This document shows positions 27,130 to 36,135 of a DNA stretch of 64,000 nt, piece after piece; within the stretch, counting starts at the first letter, position 1; each line of letters begins with the position of its first letter. This DNA comes from Candidatus Giovannonibacteria bacterium (GTDB taxonomy: Bacteria; Patescibacteriota; Minisyncoccia; JACPKW01; UBA11713): assembly GCA_016186825.1 (NCBI GenBank), contig JACPKW010000001.1, positions 13,508-77,507 of the forward strand, given 5' to 3'. Below the pieces are notes generated by a model, which did not search any database, had not been told where the DNA came from, and worked only from the letters and a program-made list of their open reading frames with translations. The position numbers were made by a program, and so were the translations under genes.

Positions 27130-28196
27130 AGCGGTCCTTTTTTACCTTGATGCGCTTCCATGCCTAATTCGATGAGCTTCGTTATGAAATCTTTGGGACC
27201 AAGCCCCGCAAGCGATGCCTGATGAAAAGTCCAAGATGAAGGACCGAGACCTGTGGAAGCGCCGGAATTCGGATCCGTTATCAACACCTCGCCTGAATCC
27301 AAAACAAAGCCGTCTATCCGGGCAAAAGTTTTCGCCTCCAAGGCCTTATACGCGGCTATTGCTTGGCGCTGAATTTCCTTAATTACACTTTCATCAATTT
27401 CCATCGGCGTAACTTTCTCCGATCCGCCCGGCAAATACTTATGGTCATATGTAAAAATTTCGTCGTTATGTATAGTTTCTGTCGGCAAAAATGCGGCCGG
27501 TTCCTTGTTTCCCATTACAACGCAAGAAAACTCCCGCCCCATTAAATACTTTTCAATTAGCGCTGAAGGGTCAAAACGAAAAGCTTCAGCCATTGCGGGA
27601 TCAAAGTCTCCCTTAGCTTTAACAAGTTTCACTCCGAGAGTGGAACCCTCGCGCGAAGGTTTGGTGACAAGCGGGAAACCGAATTTTTTTTCTAGGCTCG
27701 AAGCAATTTCACTTTTCGAACGCTCCCAATCCTCTTTGTAAATAACTTCACCTTCTGGAATATTGATATTATCTGGCGAAAATTTTAAAAGTTTTCTCTG
27801 CATCGGCTTATCCATTCCGAGCGCCGCAGACAAAACACCAGATCCGCTGTAAGGAATACCGAGCAATTCGAGCAGACCCTGAATACATCCATCATCACCA
27901 TATTTGCCATGCGTTGTGAGCAAGGCAAATTCAATTTCTTTGGCAAGGCCTTCATATGAAATAGGGATCGCCGCTTTTGCCTCAAGATTTTCTTCGATTT
28001 CCTTGCATGTATTTCTGATTACAAGCGCTTCCGGAATTTTCCAGAATTTTGCTTCACGCGAAAAATATATCGCCACAGGCTCAAAAAATACTCGATCCAT
28101 GAGCTGATATGCCTGTCTGCCAGAAGCTAAAGAAACTTCCCGCTCTTCAGAAAGACCCCCAAAGATAACTCCAACTTTTAACTTGCTTTTCTCCAT
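27126..28196 (-). CDS. D-alanine--D-alanine ligase family (ATP-grasp), paralog 2
   Basis: 356 aa. VGVIFGGLSEEREVSL...DPNSGAS. Overlaps paralog 1 by 4 nt. Confidence 0.8.
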   Translation of the reverse strand: MEKSKLKVGVIFGGLSEEREVSLASGRQAYQLMDRVFFEPVAIYFSREAKFWKIPEALVIRNTCKEIEENLEAKAAIPISYEGLAKEIEFALLTTHGKYGDDGCIQGLLELLGIPYSGSGVLSAALGMDKPMQRKLLKFSPDNINIPEGEVIYKEDWERSKSEIASSLEKKFGFPLVTKPSREGSTLGVKLVKAKGDFDPAMAEAFRFDPSALIEKYLMGREFSCVVMGNKEPAAFLPTETIHNDEIFTYDHKYLPGGSEKVTPMEIDESVIKEIQRQAIAAYKALEAKTFARIDGFVLDSGEVLITDPNSGASTGLGPSSWTFHQASLAGLGPKDFITKLIELGMEAHQGKKGPL

Positions 28197-28199
28197 TGA

Positions 28200-29126
28200 T
28201 TATTTTCGAGCTTCTGAAATTAAATGCTCCAATAGTCCTTTGAAAGAAAGTCCGGCAACATTCGCCGCCTCCGGATAACAGGCCTCCGGAGTCAATTTCG
28301 GAAGAGCATTCGCTTTGTTAATATAAATCCCGCGTTTTGATAATGTGAATTCTGTGCGCGAATAATGCCTGCACCCCAAAGCCTGATGCGCAACTATTGA
28401 CGATTCTTTAATTTTATCCGTCGTGGCCTTGTCAAAACGTCCCGGACAAATCATCCCTCCTCTTTTCGGATCGCAAATTTCAACAACCGGCAGCGCGTAA
28501 TATTTTTGTCCATGAAAATTTTCAAGCACTCCGCCTGAAGCGACCCTTCCATCCAAGTTTTCTTCAATTAATGCTTCTTTGCAGTCAGGAGTCTCAAATA
28601 TTTTATCCAAAGCTCTAACAATTTCAGGCTCGCTCTTTGCTAAAATTTGCAAGGCTGAATTTGCTTGCGCTGGCTTGATTACCCACCAAGGGAAAAGCGT
28701 CTCGCGCGCCGTTGATACCATTTTTTTTCGATCGCTAAGCCGTGAGACAACCACAGCGTGGGGAACTTTCAAGCCATGGCTTTCAAAAATCTTTCTCGAA
28801 ATTATTTTATTGCCCGCGGCGGCGGCAGAAACCGCATCCGAGCCGGTAACAGGCAGCCCCAGCGTTTTAAAGCTTTGCTCGGCTTTTTTATACCCCTTGA
28901 GTCTGCCATGCAAGGCATTAAAAACAACATCAATTTTATGAGCTAGTTTTTCAGGCGGCAAGGGGAATCCATCCAAATGCCAAATTCCGTCCTTAGTCCA
29001 AAGAATGTCTTTCAATTCATACTTATTACGCGGCAAATATTTCAAAGCATTCGCCCCGGATTGGAGCGAAGCTTCGAATTCCGAATATGGTCCTCCGCGA
29101 AGCACTCCGACCCTTATCTTAGCCAT
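28200..29126 (-). CDS. D-alanine--D-alanine ligase family (ATP-grasp), shorter paralog 3
   Basis: 308 aa. VGVLRGGPYSEFEASL N-terminal domain and ATP-grasp C-terminal half. 4-nt gap to paralog 2. Confidence 0.7.
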   Translation of the reverse strand: MAKIRVGVLRGGPYSEFEASLQSGANALKYLPRNKYELKDILWTKDGIWHLDGFPLPPEKLAHKIDVVFNALHGRLKGYKKAEQSFKTLGLPVTGSDAVSAAAAGNKIISRKIFESHGLKVPHAVVVSRLSDRKKMVSTARETLFPWWVIKPAQANSALQILAKSEPEIVRALDKIFETPDCKEALIEENLDGRVASGGVLENFHGQKYYALPVVEICDPKRGGMICPGRFDKATTDKIKESSIVAHQALGCRHYSRTEFTLSKRGIYINKANALPKLTPEACYPEAANVAGLSFKGLLEHLISEARK

Positions 29127-29194
29127 GATTAATTTTAAAACATTACACCAGCGACATAAAGCGTCCGCGCAAAGTAACTCAAAGTTTATTTAAA

Positions 29195-30178
29195 CTATTC
29201 TGGAAAGTATTTCTTCTTAAGAGAGATCGACATGTAGCCGGCGCCGATCATGAGAAAGCCTGCAATTACAAGGGCAAAGGGCCAGCCCAGACCTTCTGTA
29301 AAATATTCAGCTGTGATCTTCAGAATATAAATCATTAGGAATATAGTTCCAAAGACAAGAAAAGATTTGCTTTCTACGTGAACGCTCGCAAAGAGCGTTG
29401 CGAATATCAGCAAGGGATAAATCATTTCCCAAAAAAAATTTTGCTTAGGTTCCCACCCTCCAAGCGTAAAAGCTGCTCCAAGAAAGCCAAGGATACCGAA
29501 ACTGTAGAGAAACTGTGAGATCGGAGCTTTGTCGGTCTTAGAAAACGCATACCCCAAGAGCAAATAGGTAAACCCCGCAATTAATGCGCGATATTGAAAA
29601 AAATCCCATTCTGCAACGATAGGGTTACTTCCAACAAGAAAATTGGTGAATGCAAAGAAAAACCATGTCGAAAAAATAATACTAAAAAACGCAAAAATAT
29701 TTTTCTTGAAGAGAAAATAGGATAAAAGAAAAACAACAATCAGAACACCAGAAATAAAGCTTTGCGATCCGTCACTTCCCGCATCCAATCCTGCATTGTC
29801 AAAAAACACAACAAGCCCAATTGGTAAAAGCATGGCCGAGAGGAGAAAAAAAGCTGACCCTATTACTTCTATATCCTCCCTTTTTTGAAATACGACCCCG
29901 ACAATGTATGCAGTAATGCCTGATCCAAGCGTTACAAGAATGCGCGTTAGAGGAGAAAGAAAATCCCAATTCTGCCAAACGAGAATTGCGATGCCCAAAA
30001 AAACTATTCCCCCGCCAATATAATATAGAATTTCTGACATTCCGAGTTTATTAGTAAAAACGCGGTCTCGCATTTCACCGCGCCCCTCCTCAAAAGCCGA
30101 AACCAGTTCTTCGCGCGAAACGAGGTTTTCTTTCGAAACATCTCTAATAAATTTCAAAATTTCCGCTTTGTTCGCCAT
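29195..30178 (-). CDS. polytopic membrane protein with a soluble N-terminal domain
   Basis: 327 aa. About 50 cytoplasmic residues, then more than 8 TM helices. Confidence 0.55.
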   Translation of the reverse strand: MANKAEILKFIRDVSKENLVSREELVSAFEEGRGEMRDRVFTNKLGMSEILYYIGGGIVFLGIAILVWQNWDFLSPLTRILVTLGSGITAYIVGVVFQKREDIEVIGSAFFLLSAMLLPIGLVVFFDNAGLDAGSDGSQSFISGVLIVVFLLSYFLFKKNIFAFFSIIFSTWFFFAFTNFLVGSNPIVAEWDFFQYRALIAGFTYLLLGYAFSKTDKAPISQFLYSFGILGFLGAAFTLGGWEPKQNFFWEMIYPLLIFATLFASVHVESKSFLVFGTIFLMIYILKITAEYFTEGLGWPFALVIAGFLMIGAGYMSISLKKKYFPE

Positions 30179-30179
30179 A

Positions 30180-30722
30180 TTATTTTTTTACCCAGCCAAT
30201 AAATTGAAAATCATACGCATAAATGTTTCCAGCCTCCATGTTTAATTTTTTCGCCACGCCATTGCCCTTTAGATATCGATCCCTGCTACTCCTTGGAAAA
30301 AAGGGAAATATTCCATCGCCGCTCGAACCGTAAGAAATCTCGAAACCATCTGGAGACTTATAACTCGATACAAGATTTAACCGCGAGGCTTCGTCAAATG
30401 AAATTTCTCTCGATTTATTTTCTTCTATGCCATAATAATAAATCTTTTCATCGAAAATTGTGCGGGACATGCTCCTTTCTTCAGCGGGCCTTTCCGTTCT
30501 TATTAATTTTTCATTCTCAACTGCATATGTGTATCTGCTAGAGTAACTAGCGCTGCTGATATAGATAAAGTCATATTTAGGCGAGACAAAAAGGCTTGGT
30601 AAATAAATGCTCCCGGCAACAACTAAAATCATGACTAGCGGAATAGTTAATCCAATGATCAGAGTGATATTTTTTTTCATGAATCCGAACATTAAATGCG
30701 ATAAACCAATGCGGAAAGTCAA
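30180..30722 (-). CDS. membrane-anchored hypothetical protein
   Basis: 180 aa. N-terminal TM, then a soluble domain. 2-nt gap to the downstream gene. Confidence 0.5.
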   Translation of the reverse strand: MTFRIGLSHLMFGFMKKNITLIIGLTIPLVMILVVAGSIYLPSLFVSPKYDFIYISSASYSSRYTYAVENEKLIRTERPAEERSMSRTIFDEKIYYYGIEENKSREISFDEASRLNLVSSYKSPDGFEISYGSSGDGIFPFFPRSSRDRYLKGNGVAKKLNMEAGNIYAYDFQFIGWVKK

Positions 30723-30773
30723 AATAATCTAGGCAATCGAGTCGCCATCTGCTATATTAAATAAAATCAAAAT

Positions 30774-30845
30774 GCGAGTATAGTTCAGTGGTAGAACGCT
30801 GTCCTGATAAGACAGAGGTCGAAGGTTCGATTCCTTCTACTCGCA
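30774..30845 (+). tRNA. tRNA-Ile (anticodon GAU)
   Basis: GCGAGTA acceptor stem, D-arm GTTC-AGTGGTA-GAAC, anticodon stem CTGTC/GACAG with loop CTGATAA (anticodon GAU), T-arm GAAGG-TTCGATT-CCTTC, acceptor TACTCGC plus A. Confidence 0.85.
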
Positions 30846-30856
30846 CAATCTACAAA

Positions 30857-31018
30857 CTATTTTTTTGCGCCGGGAAGGATAGAATACATTCCCGTCGAGC
30901 ATTTCGGACAGGAACCTTTCATTGCTTTGCGGCCGTTTTTCATTGTTACCTCCTTCGCCATTGCCATTTCTCGCTTTGCCTTGCACTTGACGCAATATGC
31001 CATTACTTTGTCAGCCAT
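30857..31018 (-). CDS. DUF5679-like small zinc-ribbon protein (not in the ORF track, below 60 aa)
   Basis: 53 aa: MADKVMAYCVKCKAKREMAMAKEVTMKNGRKAMKGSCPKCSTGMYSILPGAKK. The MAYCVKCK...CPKC pattern matches the widespread DUF5679 mini-protein. Confidence 0.6.
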   Translation of the reverse strand: MADKVMAYCVKCKAKREMAMAKEVTMKNGRKAMKGSCPKCSTGMYSILPGAKK

Positions 31019-31122
31019 TTTTTTAAAAAATATTTTACTTTTAATCTCGACCTGAAGGCTAATTAAATAAGCTAAGCTCTGATTTAAGTATAATTAAACA
31101 ATGATTTCAGTCAAAGCAAAAC

Positions 31123-31150
31123 CCCTTTGCACTTTGCAAAGGGGTTTTGC
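31123..31150. terminator. bidirectional intrinsic terminator (CCCCTTTGCA-ctt-TGCAAAGGGG plus T-run)
   Basis: Perfect 10-bp stem with an A-run before and a T-run after. On the minus strand it lies about 175 nt downstream of the 16S 3' end. Confidence 0.7.
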
Positions 31151-31450
31151 CCTCTCTTTTGTCCCGTTCTGCTCGGTACCGCCGAGCCGGAGCCGCCATT
31201 TTAGATTAGCGGCCAAAATCTATTCAACTAATCAACTACTAACTAGTCAACTAATTGACCGGCCTATTAAGGAGTGGCGTTTAAATTTTACCGAAGCAAA
31301 ACTAAACGAAATTTATCCTTAAAAGGAGAAAATCCACGACCAGCTTCCGCTAGCCGTGCCTTGTTACGACTTCGTCCTTGTCACCGAGCTTACCTTCGTC
31401 CGTTAAAAAACGACCTTCGGGTACTCCCGGCTTCCCTGACGTGACGGGCG

Positions 31451-32289
31451 ATTATCTTCTAGAAACTTAGAATTGATGTTCCCACGTAGTGTGCGGATTT
31501 CCCGCGCTACGCGAGCTCTAATGCATTGATGCTTTTATTTTATAGAGCTTAGCTAACCCCTGCTTGTTAAGATGTTGGCCGTTTTTTATCCTCAACATCA
31601 GATCACAGAATATCTCAAAGTCTCTTTTCTTTGATTTAAGCTGCAACTGATGAGTTTTAAAAAACGGAATAATGACATCTTCAAGATCCTTTCTATTGGA
31701 TACTTCATAGCGATAACAATTCTGGTGATTCTTACGTGTATCTTTCTGAAAATACACCTCGCCGCAACCGAAAAATTTTTTTAGCCTAAAGAGAATTTCA
31801 GAGTCTCTCTCAATAAGCTTTAAATAAAATTTCGGTTCAGCTCTAACCCATCTTTTTACATTTTTTGTAAATTCAGGGTTTTTAATGTAGGCGGTAAAAC
31901 TACCCTCGCCATCAACTAGTCCAATAATATATTCGGCATTAAGCATATTTAGAGTGGATCCTTTCCGGTTCTAGCCGGTACTATGATCCAGCTGACTTCT
32001 GACGCTGCGTAAGTTTCATTATATCTTATCTTGCGACAAAATAGCAGCGTCAGATCTCCACAGGTCATTTTATTTTCTATTCCAAGCATCCGAATTGGCC
32101 TTATTATGATCTTCCCTGCCCTCACCGCCAATTGCAGGTCGAACTGCCATTTATATATCGGCTGCTTTTTGCTTCCAGATCCTTCGCTTGCCGCTTCACA
32201 GCGGCAAACTATCTTTCGGCTATGCTCTTTGACGAGAAGAGAAATGGATTTTAACCATTCAGAAAATAAAACTGCTGCGCGCTTTTATT
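31451..32289 (-). mobile_element. intron-like insertion 1 in the 16S gene (near E. coli position 1391) carrying a LAGLIDADG ORF
   Basis: The 16S sequence stops after ...CTTGTACTCAC and resumes CGCCCGTCACG 839 bp later. Conserved rRNA flanks are intact on both sides. Confidence 0.65.
31518..31946 (-). CDS. LAGLIDADG homing endonuclease (single-motif)
   Basis: 142 aa. The N-terminal IIGLVDGEGSF is the LAGLIDADG motif. Encoded inside the 16S insertion on the same strand as the rRNA. Confidence 0.75.
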   Translation of the reverse strand: MLNAEYIIGLVDGEGSFTAYIKNPEFTKNVKRWVRAEPKFYLKLIERDSEILFRLKKFFGCGEVYFQKDTRKNHQNCYRYEVSNRKDLEDVIIPFFKTHQLQLKSKKRDFEIFCDLMLRIKNGQHLNKQGLAKLYKIKASMH

Positions 32290-32714
32290 GTGAGTACAAG
32301 ACTCGAGAACGTATTCACCGCGGCATAGCTGATCCGCGATTACTAGCGATTCCAGCTTCATGAGGTCGAGTTTCAGACCTCAATCCGAACTGAGCTCACC
32401 TTTGATGAGATTGGCTCCGCCTTACGGCATCGCGACCCATTGTAGTGAGCATTGTAGCATGTGTGTAGCCCAGGGCATCAGAGGGTCATGCTGACCTGGC
32501 GTCATCCCCGCCTTCCTCCCCCTATACGGAGGCAGTCTCGTCTGACACTTATAACAGACGATAAGGGTTGCGTTCGTTACCCCACTTAAGGGAACAGCTC
32601 AAGCCACGAACTGACGACGGCCATGCAACACCTGTGTAAGCGTCCTTGTGAGACATTTTTTCTTTCGAAAAAATTTCGCTTACATTTCAAGCCCTGGTGA
32701 GGTTCTTCGTTTAC

Positions 32715-32749
<35 letters not shown>

Positions 32750-32896
32750 AGTCCCCGTCTATTCCTTTGAGTTTTAATCTTGCGATCGTACTTCCCAGGC
32801 GGCAGGCTTAACGCGTTAGCTTACGGCTCCCGAAGGGTCGATACTTCGGATGCCTAGCCTGCATCGTTTAGGGCGTGGACTACAAGGGTATCTACA

Positions 32897-33593
32897 AATT
32901 TGTTGCTAACAACAAATTTGAAATTTTCAATTTTACAATTTCCAATTTTCAAAATGTTGTAGGGCAAGACATTTCTGCTTGTCTCTCTGCATCGCTGCAG
33001 AGTTCAGACTATATCATACGAGCACTTTGAGAAGCGGACGTCGTTAGACATCCGGACTTCAAAGTGCTCGCCTCGGCGTATAGTCGTTGAGGGGAATTAG
33101 ACTGGGATAAAACGACTCACCTCATAAAGGTTTCTGCCAATAACTCGATCTCCGCCAGCTTCGATGTTCTTGATAAATTCAGCCAAATCCGCTTTCGCAA
33201 GATCGTCGGACTCCTGTTCGATGCATTCAACTATGCTGCGGTTCTTGTTTTCTATATCAAGTATAGCGAGATAGTTCATTTTCTACTCCTTTCTTAATTC
33301 TTCCCTGCTGGTTATCCGCACCAAAACATTTTTACTCTTGCAAGTAGTTTTGGATACACCGGACTTTCCAGCATATAGCTCCCGCCTCGGCTCACGCCTC
33401 GACGGGATTCTCAATTTTGCAGCCAACATGCGTTGGGCAAAATTGGAACAAGTTTTTTATCCTCGTCCGCCAGTTAGCGGATTCGAGGGGACTAGTTTTC
33501 CGCCGATACCCTCGGCGGCCACTGCACAGCAGTAAAATCTCCAATTTGAAAATTGAAAATTGTAAATTGAAAATTTCGCTGCCATGCAGCGGG
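32897..33593 (-). mobile_element. intron-like insertion 2 in the 16S gene (within the GGATTA|GATACCC block, near E. coli position 788)
   Basis: About 697 bp interrupt a universally conserved block. The insertion termini carry complementary AT-rich repeats (AAATTTGAAATTTTCAATTTTACAATTTCC at 32921-32950 and GAAAATTGAAAATTGTAAATTGAAAATTTC at 33549-33578) that could pair the intron ends. Confidence 0.55.
33097..33279 (-). CDS. small acidic ORF inside 16S insertion 2, preceded by a strong SD
   Basis: 60 aa. The minus-strand upstream sequence reads GAATTAAGAAAGGAGTAGAAA-ATG, so the SD AAAGGAG lies 6 nt from the start. No recognised motif. Confidence 0.35.
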   Translation of the reverse strand: MNYLAILDIENKNRSIVECIEQESDDLAKADLAEFIKNIEAGGDRVIGRNLYEVSRFIPV

Positions 33594-33920
33594 TTAATCC
33601 TTTTTGATCCCCACGCTTTCGTGTTTCAGGGTCAGGAATGCCCCAGCAAATTGCCTTCGCCTTTGGTGTTCCCCTAGATATCAACGGATTTCACCCCTAC
33701 ACCTAGAGTTCCATTTGCCTCTGGCACCCTCCGAGCTCGGCCGTTTCCCCGCCAGCTTCAGGGTTGAGCCCTGAAATTTAAACGGAGACTAACCGTGCCC
33801 CCTACACACCCTTTACGCCCAATAAATCCGGATAACGCTCGGGCTCCTCGTCTTACCGCGGCTGCTGGCACGAGGTTAGCAAGCCCTTATTCCTGCGGTA
33901 CCGTCAGAGTTAGAGCTGTG

Positions 33921-34148
33921 AAGAGACAAGTTTTTTTCCTTTCTACTTGCCTCGTATTTTCCTTATTGGATAAGGACTATTGAAAATATATTTGGGGTTG
34001 TCATTTTTGATTCTTATGAATCTCCCAGGGACTTCATCTGATGTTGCTTCAAATTCTTTTGTAACTCTTTCCCCGGTTTTTTGATTTACCCCGCGCACTA
34101 TATACAAATAGCGCTGATATTCTCTATTTAACATTTTAAATATCTCCT
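33921..34148 (-). other. insertion of about 228 nt in the loop of the 16S V3 hairpin (helix 17), intervening-sequence-like
   Basis: Complementary stems GAGTTAGAGCTGTG (33907-33920) and CACAGCTCCAACTC (34149-34162) flank about 228 nt where E. coli has about 35 nt. Confidence 0.5.
33943..34134 (-). CDS. small basic ORF (63 aa) inside the 16S V3 insertion, preceded by an SD
   Basis: MLNREYQRYLYIVRGVNQKTGERVTKEFEATSDEVPGRFIRIKNDNPKYIFNSPYPIRKIRGK. The upstream minus-strand sequence is GTGAGGAGATATTT-ATG (GGAG 7 nt from the start). The longer ORF-track version (to 34299) runs into conserved rRNA and is rejected. Confidence 0.35.
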   Translation of the reverse strand: MLNREYQRYLYIVRGVNQKTGERVTKEFEATSDEVPGRFIRIKNDNPKYIFNSPYPIRKIRGK

Positions 34149-34626
34149 CACAGCTCCAACTCTTCTTCTCGCAGAAAAGCGGTTTACGCTCCGAAGAGCT
34201 TCTTCCCGCACGCGGCGTCGCTCGATCAGGCTTTCGCCCATTGTCGAATGTTCTTGACTGCAGCCACCCGTAGGTGTATGGACCGTGTCGCAGTTCCATT
34301 GGTGGGGATCAAGCTCTCACTTCCCCTAGCCGTCATAGCCTTGGTAGGCCATTACCCTACCAACAAGCTGATAGCCCGCAGGCCTTTCCCAGAGCCTATC
34401 GCTAGATTTACTCGGCACCTTCCAAACTTCGTGTAATTCGCTCGACACAAAGTCTCGAAGGTGCCGAGACTATCGGGAATTAGCTAACCTTTCGGCTAGT
34501 TATGCCCGTCTCTGGGGTAAGTTCCTACGTGTTACTACCCCGTCTGCCACTGAACATCTAAATCCGTCGCATTGATATAATCTCAACTCCTTCAAAAGAT
34601 GTTCCGTTCGACTTGCATGCCTTATC

Positions 34627-34666
<40 letters not shown>

Positions 34667-35068
34667 TTTGAATTGCTCACGCATTGCGCGAGCAAATTTT
34701 GAACGGGACAAAAGAGAGTAGTTATAACTTTCTTTTGTCACAAACTTTTCACCCGCTTAAGTATTGTCTTAAACAATTCCTTGCGGGTTGTGTGTCCCGA
34801 TTTTGCTTCTGCAAAGCAGAAATGCAAAATCGAGGATCCCCGATTTTCATTTATGAAAATCGGGACATGTTTTTGATATTCTTTTTTCAACGTTCTGTCG
34901 ATCTGAATATTCTCTGTAAACAAACCCGCAACTGCCTTCACATAAAAACAGTTGCGGACTTGTTTATTTTTCAAATAAATTTTTAGGGCTGTTTACATAA
35001 GTTTTCGAATTAATTCTAAGTCCAATGTCCATTATATGGTTCCTGCAAAGCTTGTCAACCGGCCGATT

Positions 35069-35773
35069 CTATCTCCTGTGAGCATCCCGCCAGAGCGCGA
35101 TTTTTTTATGATCCCCCGAAAGAAGGACTGGCGGAACCTTATACTTCCTTCCATGCCATTTTAGAACTTCAGGCCTTGTGTAATGAGGATATTCCAAGTC
35201 AGTTTTCAGTTGATAGTTTTTAGTTTTTAGTTTGGGGCCAAAACTTTCTTCAGCAAGCGATTCTTCTTTAAGCACCCCAGGAATAAGACGCACAAGCGCG
35301 GAAACAAACACCATAGCCCCGATATCACCGTCAGTCATAATATAGGGCCCGATTGAAATTTCCTCTGCGCGCAAAATTTTTTTGACGCGCTCATCAATTC
35401 CTTCATACCGTCCCGAAATTAAAATGAAGCGATTATATTTTTCAGACCAGTCATACGCAATTTTCTGGTTGAATTGTTTCCCCTTCGCCGAAAACAAAAT
35501 AATTTTTGTACGCAGCCCCACGGATTTTTTTTTTAAAGAAGAAACAGTGCGTAAAATTGGCTCGGCTTGAAGAACCATTCCTGCGCCTCCCCCAAACGGG
35601 CGGTCATCAACCTTTTTATGTTTGTCGCGTGTAAAATCTCGCAAATTCCAAATTTTAATCTCCGTTTTTTTCTTTTCTACCGCGCGCTTAATAATCGATT
35701 CTGAAAAATATGAATCAAAAATTTTCGGAAAAATTGTAATGATATCAAAACGAATTTTTGCCATGAATTTCAT
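35069..35773 (-). CDS. trmD: tRNA (guanine37-N1)-methyltransferase
   Basis: 234 aa. RFDIITIFPKIF, SPOUT-class knot motifs, GGGAGMVL and GRYEGIDER. Confidence 0.9.
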   Translation of the reverse strand: MKFMAKIRFDIITIFPKIFDSYFSESIIKRAVEKKKTEIKIWNLRDFTRDKHKKVDDRPFGGGAGMVLQAEPILRTVSSLKKKSVGLRTKIILFSAKGKQFNQKIAYDWSEKYNRFILISGRYEGIDERVKKILRAEEISIGPYIMTDGDIGAMVFVSALVRLIPGVLKEESLAEESFGPKLKTKNYQLKTDLEYPHYTRPEVLKWHGRKYKVPPVLLSGDHKKIALWRDAHRR

Positions 35774-35825
35774 TATACAGATAACTTTTTTTATTTTAAA
35801 ATTAAATTAAAAGGAGGTGGTTATT

Positions 35826-36062
35826 TTGGCTATTTTGCAAAGATTGCCCAACAGAGCGGACATTCGAAAGGCCAGAAAAAAATTCTGGGTAAGAATCACG
35901 GTTTCTGCTCTGTATCTGATAACGGGCGCGGCCCTCTTCTACTGGTCTCAACGTATCTGGGGTATTGTCGTTGGCATGATCGGTTTTTTGATATTTATCA
36001 GGTCGTTTAGATATTTACTTCGTGCTCTTGACTTCAAAAAACGCCTAATCCAGATCAGATGA
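35826..36062 (+). CDS. small membrane protein (TTG start inferred)
   Basis: ORF track starts at GTG 35817, but the SD AAGGAGGTG ends at 35819. The in-frame TTG at 35826 has proper spacing. Two TM helices. Confidence 0.4.
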   Translation: MAILQRLPNRADIRKARKKFWVRITVSALYLITGAALFYWSQRIWGIVVGMIGFLIFIRSFRYLLRALDFKKRLIQIR

Positions 36063-36086
36063 ATTGGTATTGTCCGCAAAAAAAAC

Positions 36087-36117
36087 AAAGCCGCCCGAGA
36101 AACACCCGGACGGCTTT
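36087..36117. terminator. bidirectional terminator hairpin between convergent genes
   Basis: AAAGCCGCCCG...CGGACGGCTTT with an A-run before and TTTGCTGTCTTT after. Confidence 0.5.
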
Positions 36118-36135
36118 GCTGTCTTTAAATCAAAA

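Noticed and set aside
30788-31066. 92-aa plus-strand ORF
   Set aside because: Begins inside tRNA-Ile and runs antisense through the DUF5679 mini-gene. No SD. Read-through artefact.
31949-32131. 60-aa ORF immediately upstream of the LAGLIDADG ORF
   Set aside because: The LAGLIDADG motif is already at residues 8-17 of the 142-aa ORF, as expected for a complete single-motif enzyme. The upstream ORF has no motif and is most likely intron RNA.
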